A stretch of DNA of 23,614 nucleotides from Oligoflexales bacterium (GTDB lineage Bacteria; Bdellovibrionota_B; Oligoflexia; Oligoflexales; CAIYRB01): positions 1 to 23,614 of the forward strand of contig JBGSUI010000110.1 in NCBI GenBank assembly GCA_041736175.1. The letters run 5' to 3'. This document shows, in pieces, positions 9,873-18,266 of the stretch. A model generated the notes under the pieces. That model did no database searches. It had not been told where the DNA came from and worked only from the letters and a program-made list of their open reading frames with translations. The translations under genes and the position numbers were made by a program. How positions within the stretch are numbered: the stretch's first letter is position 1; the number at the start of each line of letters is the position of its first letter.

Positions 9873-10421
9873 TTAGCGAAGTGACTGAGATCGAGTTGGC
9901 TGGGTCGACAGGAGGGGCACCAAGCGGTGGGAGAGTTGCATTCCGTAACAGAGGGCTATAGCGACAGCATCGGCGACATCGTAGGGGAGTCCTTGGCGGT
10001 CAAAGTCGATCAAGGTCTTAAGGGCAAGGGCCACAGACTCTTTCTCGGCACGTCCTGATCCAGCAATGAGTTTCTTAACCTCGGCAGGAGTGATTTCTAG
10101 AAGTCTGACCTTTTCCCGTGAACAGGCTGCCATCAGCGCCCCTCTGGTTTCTGCCAGTCGGATCGTGGTGGAAACATTCTTGCCACAAAAGGGTTTTTCA
10201 AAAATCCCAACCGTAGGCTTATGGAGCACCACAAGCTGGTGGAGGGCCTGGTGCAAAAGGCCAACCCTTGTGCCGATATCGAGATGGGCAGGAGCCTTAA
10301 GGACACCTGCATCGATGATTTTAAAAGACTGAGGCCGGGGCAATAAATGCTGCGGGGCTCTGATAAAGGCGTATCCTGTGATTTTTGACCCAGGATCAAT
10401 CCCTAATATCATTTGTTCCAA
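9873..10421 (-). CDS. ruvC: Holliday junction resolvase RuvC
   Basis: ILGIDPGS..TGYA, E.PF..KN......LAETRG, EITPAEVKK.IAGSGRAEKESV, DVADAVAIA. TTG start with a GAGGGG SD. Confidence 0.93.
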   Translation of the reverse strand: MEQMILGIDPGSKITGYAFIRAPQHLLPRPQSFKIIDAGVLKAPAHLDIGTRVGLLHQALHQLVVLHKPTVGIFEKPFCGKNVSTTIRLAETRGALMAACSREKVRLLEITPAEVKKLIAGSGRAEKESVALALKTLIDFDRQGLPYDVADAVAIALCYGMQLSHRLVPLLSTQPTRSQSLR

Positions 10422-10426
10422 GAAAA

Positions 10427-10513
10427 CCCCTCACACAATCGATCTTGTCTTTAGAGTATCACAAAAGTGACCCGAGAGTAACACGGGACCAAGGATGAAC
10501 CTAGGACCAAAAT
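10427..10513 (+). repeat. Direct repeat copy 1 (87 bp, including a 22-bp insert)
   Basis: ccccTCACACAATCGATCTTGTCTTTAGAGTA[tcacaaaagtgacccgagagta]ACACGGGACCAAGGATGAACCTAGGACCAAAAT. Matches 12092-12156 at 60/65 positions once the 22-nt insert is removed. Confidence 0.9.
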
Positions 10514-10730
10514 GATTGGACTATATTTTTAGCTTTCAACATTAAGGCCTTGGCATTGACTAGGTTCTATGCACATCTTTTGTAAAGAGTCCCACAATGT
10601 TTACGTCCCCCCTTTGGAATCTCTATGGTTTTTATTCTGTATCTAAACCCGCGATAATCTAGATGAAGGCCTTGTGTACCATCTTATCCAGGAACTAGGC
10701 AATGAAACCTTTCTATTGTTGAGAAAAAGG

Positions 10731-10746
10731 TGGCACATATTTTGCT
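10731..10746 (+). promoter_or_regulatory. sigma54 (-24/-12) promoter
   Basis: TGGCACATATTTTGCT has exact GG-N10-GC spacing and fits TGGCAC-N5-TTGCW. It lies about 60 nt upstream of ATG 10807. Confidence 0.7.
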
Positions 10747-10806
10747 CAAGAAGCTTTGCTCGTATTTTGTAAGACCTCCAATTCAATCTCAAATAAGGAT
10801 GATCCA

Positions 10807-12045
10807 ATGGTCAGCAACAAAAAAAGTCTAATTTCGCGAATTCTTGTAGGATTGGGAATTTTCCCTATACTTAACAATTCCTGTCAACTAGACCGGTCGA
10901 CTCGGCCATTTCAACAAGAAAGTGAAGTAGCGACGCAGTTCAATGGCGCACCAATCAAAATTAGGCGCAGCCTCCACTACACGTTTAAAGATGGAAAAGG
11001 AAACCTTATTGGAAAGCTTGTCCCTCAACTCAGCCCTACCAACTTTGCTAGTCGCAATCATTATGATGCGGATCACTATGCATTCCTTTTATACAAGGAT
11101 AATAAAATTTATAAGTCAAAAAGGGATTTCAATATTCATACCGGATATGCCTTGACTGCTGAAACGGGGATTAAACCTATAACTATTGATACATCGAAGG
11201 AGGTAAGCTGGGAGTTTGAAGACCTAGGCAAAATTAGCGGATATCTCTCACCTGATAATGACATTATCGATCCTGACCTCCCGAAAATCGGGGAAGAAGT
11301 CCTCGTCTATTATTCAAGGCCAAGCTTAAGAGAAAAAACAATGATAACACCTGTAACCTACAAAATTGTCAATATGAGTTGGAAAGTATTACAACCTTAT
11401 GGAACAAATAAAAAAACTTATGAACTGCTGTCCTTGGAAGCCGAAATAAACAAAGGCGCTAAAAATTTACTGAAAGATTTTCCCAGAATCGAAAGTCCGG
11501 TCTATAAAAGGGACTCCTCTGGTGCTGAAAAGCTCTATGGTTTTATTACGTATGGGTCCGTCGATTCTGAGACCCATAAAATTTCCATCGATAGCATTCA
11601 TAGCATCTCAATAAAGTCACTCATCAAAAATCGACACAATCCTGTGTGTGATATCCGATCGACGCCTGCCTATAACGCATGGTGGCAGGAAACATACTGC
11701 TCAGCAGAATATGTGGGCGAAGCAATCAAAATGTCTCAACCTTCAGAACCGACGTGTGAGGCCACTATTCCCCTTGGACCCAACGGACGTCACATAAGAA
11801 ACACCTGCAATCAATCTCAAGTTCTGCAGGCTATTGAGTCCATGGCCGAAGAGCGATCATCTCTGGATAAGCCCGTCGAAGGAAAGTATCAGTGTTCAAA
11901 AGAGTGGACAGATCGCGCACAGGAAATAAGCAATGCCTACTATCAACAATACTCAGGAGGGGCTTGTAAAGACATAGAAGCTTTTAAAGCAGCAATGAAA
12001 AAAAGGTCTGATAACAACAAAAATGGTTGTTCGCCTAATAAATAG
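10807..12045 (+). CDS. Orphan lipoprotein with a degenerate trypsin-like domain and a Cys-rich C-terminal domain
   Basis: AAGGA SD then ATG 10807. Signal MVSNKKSLISRILVGLGIFPILNNSC. Motifs IHTGYALTAETG, PKIGEEVLV, RIESPVY...LYGFITYG. Seven Cys in the C-terminal part. Visibly more AT-rich than its neighbours. Confidence 0.7.
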   Translation: MVSNKKSLISRILVGLGIFPILNNSCQLDRSTRPFQQESEVATQFNGAPIKIRRSLHYTFKDGKGNLIGKLVPQLSPTNFASRNHYDADHYAFLLYKDNKIYKSKRDFNIHTGYALTAETGIKPITIDTSKEVSWEFEDLGKISGYLSPDNDIIDPDLPKIGEEVLVYYSRPSLREKTMITPVTYKIVNMSWKVLQPYGTNKKTYELLSLEAEINKGAKNLLKDFPRIESPVYKRDSSGAEKLYGFITYGSVDSETHKISIDSIHSISIKSLIKNRHNPVCDIRSTPAYNAWWQETYCSAEYVGEAIKMSQPSEPTCEATIPLGPNGRHIRNTCNQSQVLQAIESMAEERSSLDKPVEGKYQCSKEWTDRAQEISNAYYQQYSGGACKDIEAFKAAMKKRSDNNKNGCSPNK

Positions 12046-12091
12046 AATTAATTATGTTAAATAATATTTCTAATCTCGTTGCCAAAGCCTC

Positions 12092-12156
12092 CCCCTTACA
12101 CAATCGATCTTGTCGTTAGAGTAACAGGGGACCAAGGATGAACCTAGAACCGAAAT
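12092..12156 (+). repeat. Direct repeat copy 2 (65 bp)
   Basis: ccccTTACACAATCGATCTTGTCGTTAGAGTAACAGGGGACCAAGGATGAACCTAGAACCGAAAT; see copy 1. Confidence 0.9.
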
Positions 12157-12218
12157 TCCTCAAGATTCCCAAAGTAGATTGACTTTTCTATGGTGTCGAC
12201 CTGAAACTAGCGTTTTAG

Positions 12219-13253
<1,035 letters not shown>

Positions 13254-13256
13254 CCA

Positions 13257-14504
13257 ATGGGTGTGACTACCTTTATCGCTCTACGCTATATGCAAGCAGG
13301 CCGTAACAACCGTTTTTTTTCTTGGATTTCCGCGCTGACGATGATGGGAGTGGCTATTGGCGTGGCGGCTCTTATCGTGGTGTGGTCTGTGGTCAACGGT
13401 TTTGAGTCGGAGCTTCGCAAGAGATTTCTGGCAGCCAATGCCCACGTCATGGTTTACCGCTTTCCCCATGGCCTTTCCAATCCGGACCAATGGGCCAAAG
13501 TGTTGACCACTGACTTTAAATCGGTGGTTAAAGGAGCCTCTCCCTTTATTCACTACGAAACGATGGCTCGAAAAAACTCGATTCTGCATGCTGTCTTGAT
13601 CCGTGGCATCAACCCCCACAAACGGGCCAATGTCCAAAACTTAGATATCATCACCAGGCCAAAGGAATCCCTTGAAATCCTCCAACAGGAAATCACGGGA
13701 TTTGAAAAGACCAAAACCGTACCTAAGATTCCGTCCGTTATTATTGGCTCTGGCCTCCTCTCGCTCCTCGATGCCCAGGTGGGGGATACGATTGAACTCG
13801 TGGAGCCGGACAACAAAAACCTCGCCTCGATGAAAAGTTTCAAAATCGTAGGTATCTATGATTCTGGTCTCAAGCATTATGACAACAAGCTCATCCTTAT
13901 GAGTATCCCCGTGGCCCAGGATTTCTTCCAAATGGATACCCGTGTCACGGGTTTTGAGCTAGGGCTCTACAAACCCTGGGATAGTCCCGCGATTGCTGAG
14001 GCTATGGGCAAAAAATACTCCATCTCCATCCGTGAATGGCAGTCTTTTAACAAACCACTCTTCGAAGCCATGCAGACGGAACGGGTGGTGATTTTGGTGA
14101 TCACCGGACTGGTCGCAGCAGTGGCTGGGTTTAACATCTTAACCACCATTTTTGTCGCGGTAAGCCAGAGACAGAGGGATATTTCGATCTTAAAAGCCCT
14201 AGGTGCAAGCCATCATTTGATTTTGTCGCTTTTTCTTAAACAAGGCGTCTATATCGGAGTGGTTGGCAGCCTACTAGGGATGTTTTTAGCTTTTTGTATT
14301 AGTAAAGTCCTCGAACGCTACCAGTTTGTGGACCTTCCTGATCTGTACCTCTTGGCAAAACTACCTATGACCTACGAGTGGTCAGTCTATGGAGTGGTGA
14401 GTCTGGTGAGTATTGCCATCGCCATTTTGGCGGGCCTCTATCCCGCTTGGACCGCGAGCCGCGTCGATCCAGTCGAAGGTTTCCGGGGCAACCAAGGTCC
14501 TTAA
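13257..14504 (+). CDS. LolC/LolE-family lipoprotein-releasing ABC permease
   Basis: FIALRY.....RFFS.IS....GVAIGVAALIVV.SV.NGF, a periplasmic MacB-like domain, VAGFNILTT....RDISILKALGA and YPAW.ASRVDPVE. Confidence 0.88.
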   Translation: MGVTTFIALRYMQAGRNNRFFSWISALTMMGVAIGVAALIVVWSVVNGFESELRKRFLAANAHVMVYRFPHGLSNPDQWAKVLTTDFKSVVKGASPFIHYETMARKNSILHAVLIRGINPHKRANVQNLDIITRPKESLEILQQEITGFEKTKTVPKIPSVIIGSGLLSLLDAQVGDTIELVEPDNKNLASMKSFKIVGIYDSGLKHYDNKLILMSIPVAQDFFQMDTRVTGFELGLYKPWDSPAIAEAMGKKYSISIREWQSFNKPLFEAMQTERVVILVITGLVAAVAGFNILTTIFVAVSQRQRDISILKALGASHHLILSLFLKQGVYIGVVGSLLGMFLAFCISKVLERYQFVDLPDLYLLAKLPMTYEWSVYGVVSLVSIAIAILAGLYPAWTASRVDPVEGFRGNQGP

Positions 14505-14619
14505 ATCATCCCTAATCTTTCGTTGCCTTAAATCTTGGGTTGATGGTATGGTCCGAGTCTATCTTTGGACTTAAATCCATGATCTGAAGTTTTAGAAGCA
14601 CTTGAGGAGGGTTTTAGCT

Positions 14620-15495
14620 GTGGGTGAGCTTGTGATTAAAAAAAAGAAACAGCCCTCATCATTGAAACAGCGGACATCGTCTGGCTCACTTGCAAAGCGT
14701 GGTACCCCGGAGGAAAACGTCGGCGATGCAGGAGTTGAGCTGGTCACCATCGCTCCTGTCGATGAACAACTCCAGGAACAATCCACGGAACAATCCACGG
14801 ATAAGGAGCAAGTACCTTCAAAGCCTAAGCCGCCCAAAAGGGTGCCGCCCGGTACACTCAAGCTACAGGTTGCCGGTAGTCTTGTCCTCGTCAAAAACCC
14901 ACTTAAAGAGCTAAGCCATCTTGCTAAACGTTTTGAAGTGTTGTTTGAATCCTTAGCCAATATGGAGCCTCCTGAGAGAATCTTAATTTATAAGATGATC
15001 AACGGATTGATGCTCACCAGTATTGCCAAAAAGACCAAAGACAATGCCGAACGACGCCGGCTTTTTGATCTAAAAAACGAGCTATTTTATAACCTGGCCA
15101 ACGATCGTGATTCACGGCGCAAGCTTGCGTTTATGTATATGACTTCAAAAAACTTCCGCATTGTCGAATTCTGTCCAACCTGCACGGCTTCCAATACCGA
15201 ACAAAACCTAAAACGCTATGAATGGAAACACTGTAAAGAATGTAAAATCGATCACAATTTTTACAACGTCCTGTCCATGCATCATAAATTCAAAGGAGGG
15301 TCAACGACCCTCTTTTTATCCCACGATCTTCTCCACAAGATCCCTTGGATCCAGCTCAATAAAAAGGGACAACTGGAAAATGTCACTGAAGAGGCCACCT
15401 TTAATAGGTACCACTATGGTGTCCAAAATCTAGACTCTTTTGAGCTCAATTCTGTCCTCGAATGGAACAAAAAGCTTCTTGCCTTAAAATCATAA
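14620..15495 (+). CDS. Hypothetical protein with two CxxC pairs (possible Zn-binding, YkyB-like)
   Basis: In-frame GTG 14620 after an AGGAGG SD (ORF open from 14602). Disordered N-terminus, then FCPTC...HCKEC. Confidence 0.65.
   Translation: MGELVIKKKKQPSSLKQRTSSGSLAKRGTPEENVGDAGVELVTIAPVDEQLQEQSTEQSTDKEQVPSKPKPPKRVPPGTLKLQVAGSLVLVKNPLKELSHLAKRFEVLFESLANMEPPERILIYKMINGLMLTSIAKKTKDNAERRRLFDLKNELFYNLANDRDSRRKLAFMYMTSKNFRIVEFCPTCTASNTEQNLKRYEWKHCKECKIDHNFYNVLSMHHKFKGGSTTLFLSHDLLHKIPWIQLNKKGQLENVTEEATFNRYHYGVQNLDSFELNSVLEWNKKLLALKS
14775..14801 (+). repeat. 12-bp in-frame tandem repeat
   Basis: GGAACAATCCAC x2 plus GGA, encoding EQST-EQST. Confidence 0.8.
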
Positions 15496-15549
15496 GACCT
15501 TTCTATTCCAGTTGTAACCCGCTCATTTCACTCCGTTTAGCCAAATGAC

Positions 15550-15577
15550 TAAAGTTTTGGCCAAAAAAAGCCGATAA
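15550..15577 (+). promoter_or_regulatory. sigma28 (FliA/SigD-type) promoter
   Basis: TAAAGTTT(15550-15557)-12 nt-GCCGATAA(15570-15577). Both boxes match the consensus perfectly; the spacer is 1 nt longer than the E. coli optimum of 11. Confidence 0.75.
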
Positions 15578-15628
15578 GGCCAAACGGAGCCGCATTGGGT
15601 TGGGCACAATTTGTAGAAAGGAATTGCC

Positions 15629-16264
15629 GTGAATTTTTTAAAAAACCTGAGATTCAAGCAGACCACGATTTTAGCAGCTTTTGTATGCAGCATAGCAGCA
15701 AGTTATGGATGCGATTCCAATAAATCTACAGATAAGTCCCCACCTCCTGCGGCTGGTAAGACCTGTAGTGGGACAAGTACCGGAAGCAAGCTTGCCCTCC
15801 AATCGGGCACGAGCAATACACTCCTGATTGGCTACGACAAAGCTTCGGAAAATGGTCGAGACGTGACAAGCACCTACTCGATTAAGGCTATTATGACTAG
15901 GTATTGCGTAACCTGTCACAAATCGGGCGGAACAGTTGACGATTCCCCTATGACCACATACACCCAAGTCAAAAATCTCGCGGATGCTATCATAGAGTCG
16001 GTCGAAGATGGAAGCATGCCCCCAAAGAATACTTCTGCCGGCAAAACGATTCTTCCTTACCTCAAGGCCTGGAAATCTTCAGGAATGACCCAAGCCCAGC
16101 CTACAAAAGCGGCGACGAGTTCATCAAGCACAAACACTAAAACCAATACTTCTTCAGGTAGCGGGAGTAGTGGAAGTGGTAGCACGAACTCAAATGGAAA
16201 CAACAACAATAGCTCCGATGGAACCCTAAACAATTCCTCAACTAACACCAACACAAAATGTTAA
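15629..16264 (+). CDS. Monohaem cytochrome c lipoprotein with a Ser/Thr/Asn/Gly tail
   Basis: AAGGA SD then GTG. Lipobox-like AASYGC, haem motif CVTCH, distal-ligand motif GSMPP, and a low-complexity tail ending in Cys. Confidence 0.8.
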   Translation: MNFLKNLRFKQTTILAAFVCSIAASYGCDSNKSTDKSPPPAAGKTCSGTSTGSKLALQSGTSNTLLIGYDKASENGRDVTSTYSIKAIMTRYCVTCHKSGGTVDDSPMTTYTQVKNLADAIIESVEDGSMPPKNTSAGKTILPYLKAWKSSGMTQAQPTKAATSSSSTNTKTNTSSGSGSSGSGSTNSNGNNNNSSDGTLNNSSTNTNTKC

Positions 16265-16268
16265 CGAA

Positions 16269-16289
16269 GGGCCTCCCAAGGGGAGGCTC
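16269..16289. terminator. Hairpin between convergent genes
   Basis: GCCTCCC-AAG-GGGAGGC between the cytochrome and dnaJ stop codons; no clear U-tract. Confidence 0.5.
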
Positions 16290-16295
16290 ACTTGC

Positions 16296-17402
16296 TCAGT
16301 CTCCAAAAATCTTATGAAACATCGACTTTGAGCCACTACTAGCCTCTTCACCAGAGAGGGCAGCGAATTTTTCCAGCAGTTCACGCTGTTCTTTGTTAAG
16401 GGACGTCGGGACGCCGATTTCGATATCCACATGCAGGTCGCCACGGCCGATCCCCTTTAGATGGGGAATCCCCTGACCTGGTAGGGTGACCCGGTGACCA
16501 TGCTGGGTTCCCGGGGGTAGCTCGATGGGCTTTGACCCATCCAAGGTCGGCACGGTGAGCTTGCAGCCGAGGGCCGCTTGGGCGATTCCAATCTTGTGGT
16601 GGAGCAGGAGATCAGCTCCCTCTCGCTCAAACTGCTTGCTCTCTTTAACGTGGATCATCACATAAAGATCGCCAGCAGGTCCCCCTCCACCACCCCCTTC
16701 GCCCTCGCCCCCGACTCTAAGGCGCAGCCCGTTATCCACTCCTGGGGGAATCTTAACGGAGAGCTTTTTGCGGGCCATGGTCGCACCACGGCCCTGGCAG
16801 GATTTGCAGGGTTTCGTGATGATTTCACCTTCGCCCCGGCACTGGGGACAGGGGGTTTGAATGCTAAAAAATCCCTGGGTTCTCCGGACCTGACCCACCC
16901 CTCCGCAGGTCCGGCAGGGACCCTTGCCGCCAGACTCTGCCCGGGCGCCGTGGCAGTTGCTGCATTCGACCGCTTTTTCAAACTCCAATTCCTTTTCGAC
17001 CCCAAAGACAGCCTCTTCAAATTCGAGGGTCAAGTCATAACGGAGATCCGCCCCACGGCGTCCACGCCCCCCGCGCCCGCCTTGGCCGCCAGAAAAGCCG
17101 AAAAACTCCTCAAAAATCGAGCCAAAACTCGAAAAAATATCGCCCACATCTTGAAAACCGCTAAACCCTTGCCCCGAAAGACCCGCATGGCCATGCCGGT
17201 CGTAGATGGCCCTTTTTTGGGGATCGGCTAGGACCTCGTAGGCTTCAGAAGCTTCCTTGAATTTTTCTTCGGCCTCATGATCTCCAGGGTTTCGATCAGG
17301 ATGAAACTTAAGGGCTGCCTTACGGTAGGAACTTTTGATCTCAGGGTCCGTCGCGGTGCGTTCAAGTCCTAAAATTTCATAATAATCACGATTAGTTGGC
17401 AT
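16296..17402 (-). CDS. dnaJ: Chaperone DnaJ
   Basis: J domain with HPD, G/F-rich region, DIF motif, four CxxCxG repeats and a C-terminal domain. Confidence 0.96.
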   Translation of the reverse strand: MPTNRDYYEILGLERTATDPEIKSSYRKAALKFHPDRNPGDHEAEEKFKEASEAYEVLADPQKRAIYDRHGHAGLSGQGFSGFQDVGDIFSSFGSIFEEFFGFSGGQGGRGGRGRRGADLRYDLTLEFEEAVFGVEKELEFEKAVECSNCHGARAESGGKGPCRTCGGVGQVRRTQGFFSIQTPCPQCRGEGEIITKPCKSCQGRGATMARKKLSVKIPPGVDNGLRLRVGGEGEGGGGGGPAGDLYVMIHVKESKQFEREGADLLLHHKIGIAQAALGCKLTVPTLDGSKPIELPPGTQHGHRVTLPGQGIPHLKGIGRGDLHVDIEIGVPTSLNKEQRELLEKFAALSGEEASSGSKSMFHKIFGD

Positions 17403-17413
17403 AGACCTCTCTC

Positions 17414-18244
17414 TTATTTTTGGCTGTCGGAAAAGCTATGCTCAGCTCTGGGGAACTGGCACGCCTTGACTTCACTTGTATATTCTTCGAGGGCCTTGAT
17501 CACCAAGGCACCCATATCTGCATATTTTTTTAAAAATTTAGGCTTAAATCCAGCCTCAAAACCCAATAAATCATGGAGCACTAGGATTTGTCCATCACAC
17601 TGAGGTCCTGCTCCGATCCCGATGGTCGGAATGTGAAGCAGGGCGGTCACTTCGGCAGCGAGTTCCATCGGCACCATCTCCAAGACGACGGCAAAGGCCC
17701 CAGCGGCCTCTAGGTCTTGGGCGTCCTTCTTGAGCTGGCGAGCCCCGTCGCTCCCCTTCCCTTGAACCCTGTACCCTCCTAACTGGTGCACACTTTGGGG
17801 CGTCAAACCTAGATGCCCCATCACGGGAATCCCCGCCTCTACCAGCCGTCTCACCTGAGGGACGATGGCCCCTCCCCCCTCTAACTTGACGCATTGGGCT
17901 CCCCCCTCCTGCACCAGTCTTGCGGCGTTTTCGAGGGCCTGTGCTTCGGACAGGTGGTAGCTCATAAAGGGCATATCCGCACACAGAAGGGGACGGGTCA
18001 AGCCTCTCGCCACCGCAGCGGTATGGTGAACCATTTGATCCATGGTGACCGGGATCGTGCTGTCGTAGCCAAGGACGACGTTGCCGGCGCTATCGCCCAC
18101 AAGGACCAAGTCGATGCTCGTGCGGTCGATCAACCGGGCAAACGCACTGTCGTAACAGGTGACACAGGACAGCTTCTGCCCTTTGGATTTAGCGGCCATA
18201 ACATCGCGCACGGTGACCGACTGTTTATTTTGGTAGCGGCTCAT
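17414..18244 (-). CDS. panB: 3-methyl-2-oxobutanoate hydroxymethyltransferase
   Basis: TCYD, LVGDS.G, ADMPFMSY, VKLEGG, GHLGLTPQS, IGIGAG..CDGQILV. True start likely ATG 18244, which avoids overlap with the uvrA-like gene. Confidence 0.96.
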   Translation of the reverse strand: MSRYQNKQSVTVRDVMAAKSKGQKLSCVTCYDSAFARLIDRTSIDLVLVGDSAGNVVLGYDSTIPVTMDQMVHHTAAVARGLTRPLLCADMPFMSYHLSEAQALENAARLVQEGGAQCVKLEGGGAIVPQVRRLVEAGIPVMGHLGLTPQSVHQLGGYRVQGKGSDGARQLKKDAQDLEAAGAFAVVLEMVPMELAAEVTALLHIPTIGIGAGPQCDGQILVLHDLLGFEAGFKPKFLKKYADMGALVIKALEEYTSEVKACQFPRAEHSFSDSQK

Positions 18245-18266
18245 GGCAAATAGCCCCTTCACGCGT

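Noticed and set aside
10427..12156. Repeat pair as CRISPR or an IS target-site duplication
   Set aside because: Only two copies about 1.6 kb apart, no cas or transposase gene, and too long for a TSD.
16578..17231. 217-aa ORF antisense to dnaJ, and similar shadow ORFs across miaB, ffh, cysK, panB and uvrA
   Set aside because: Antisense or alternate-frame by-products of well-supported genes.
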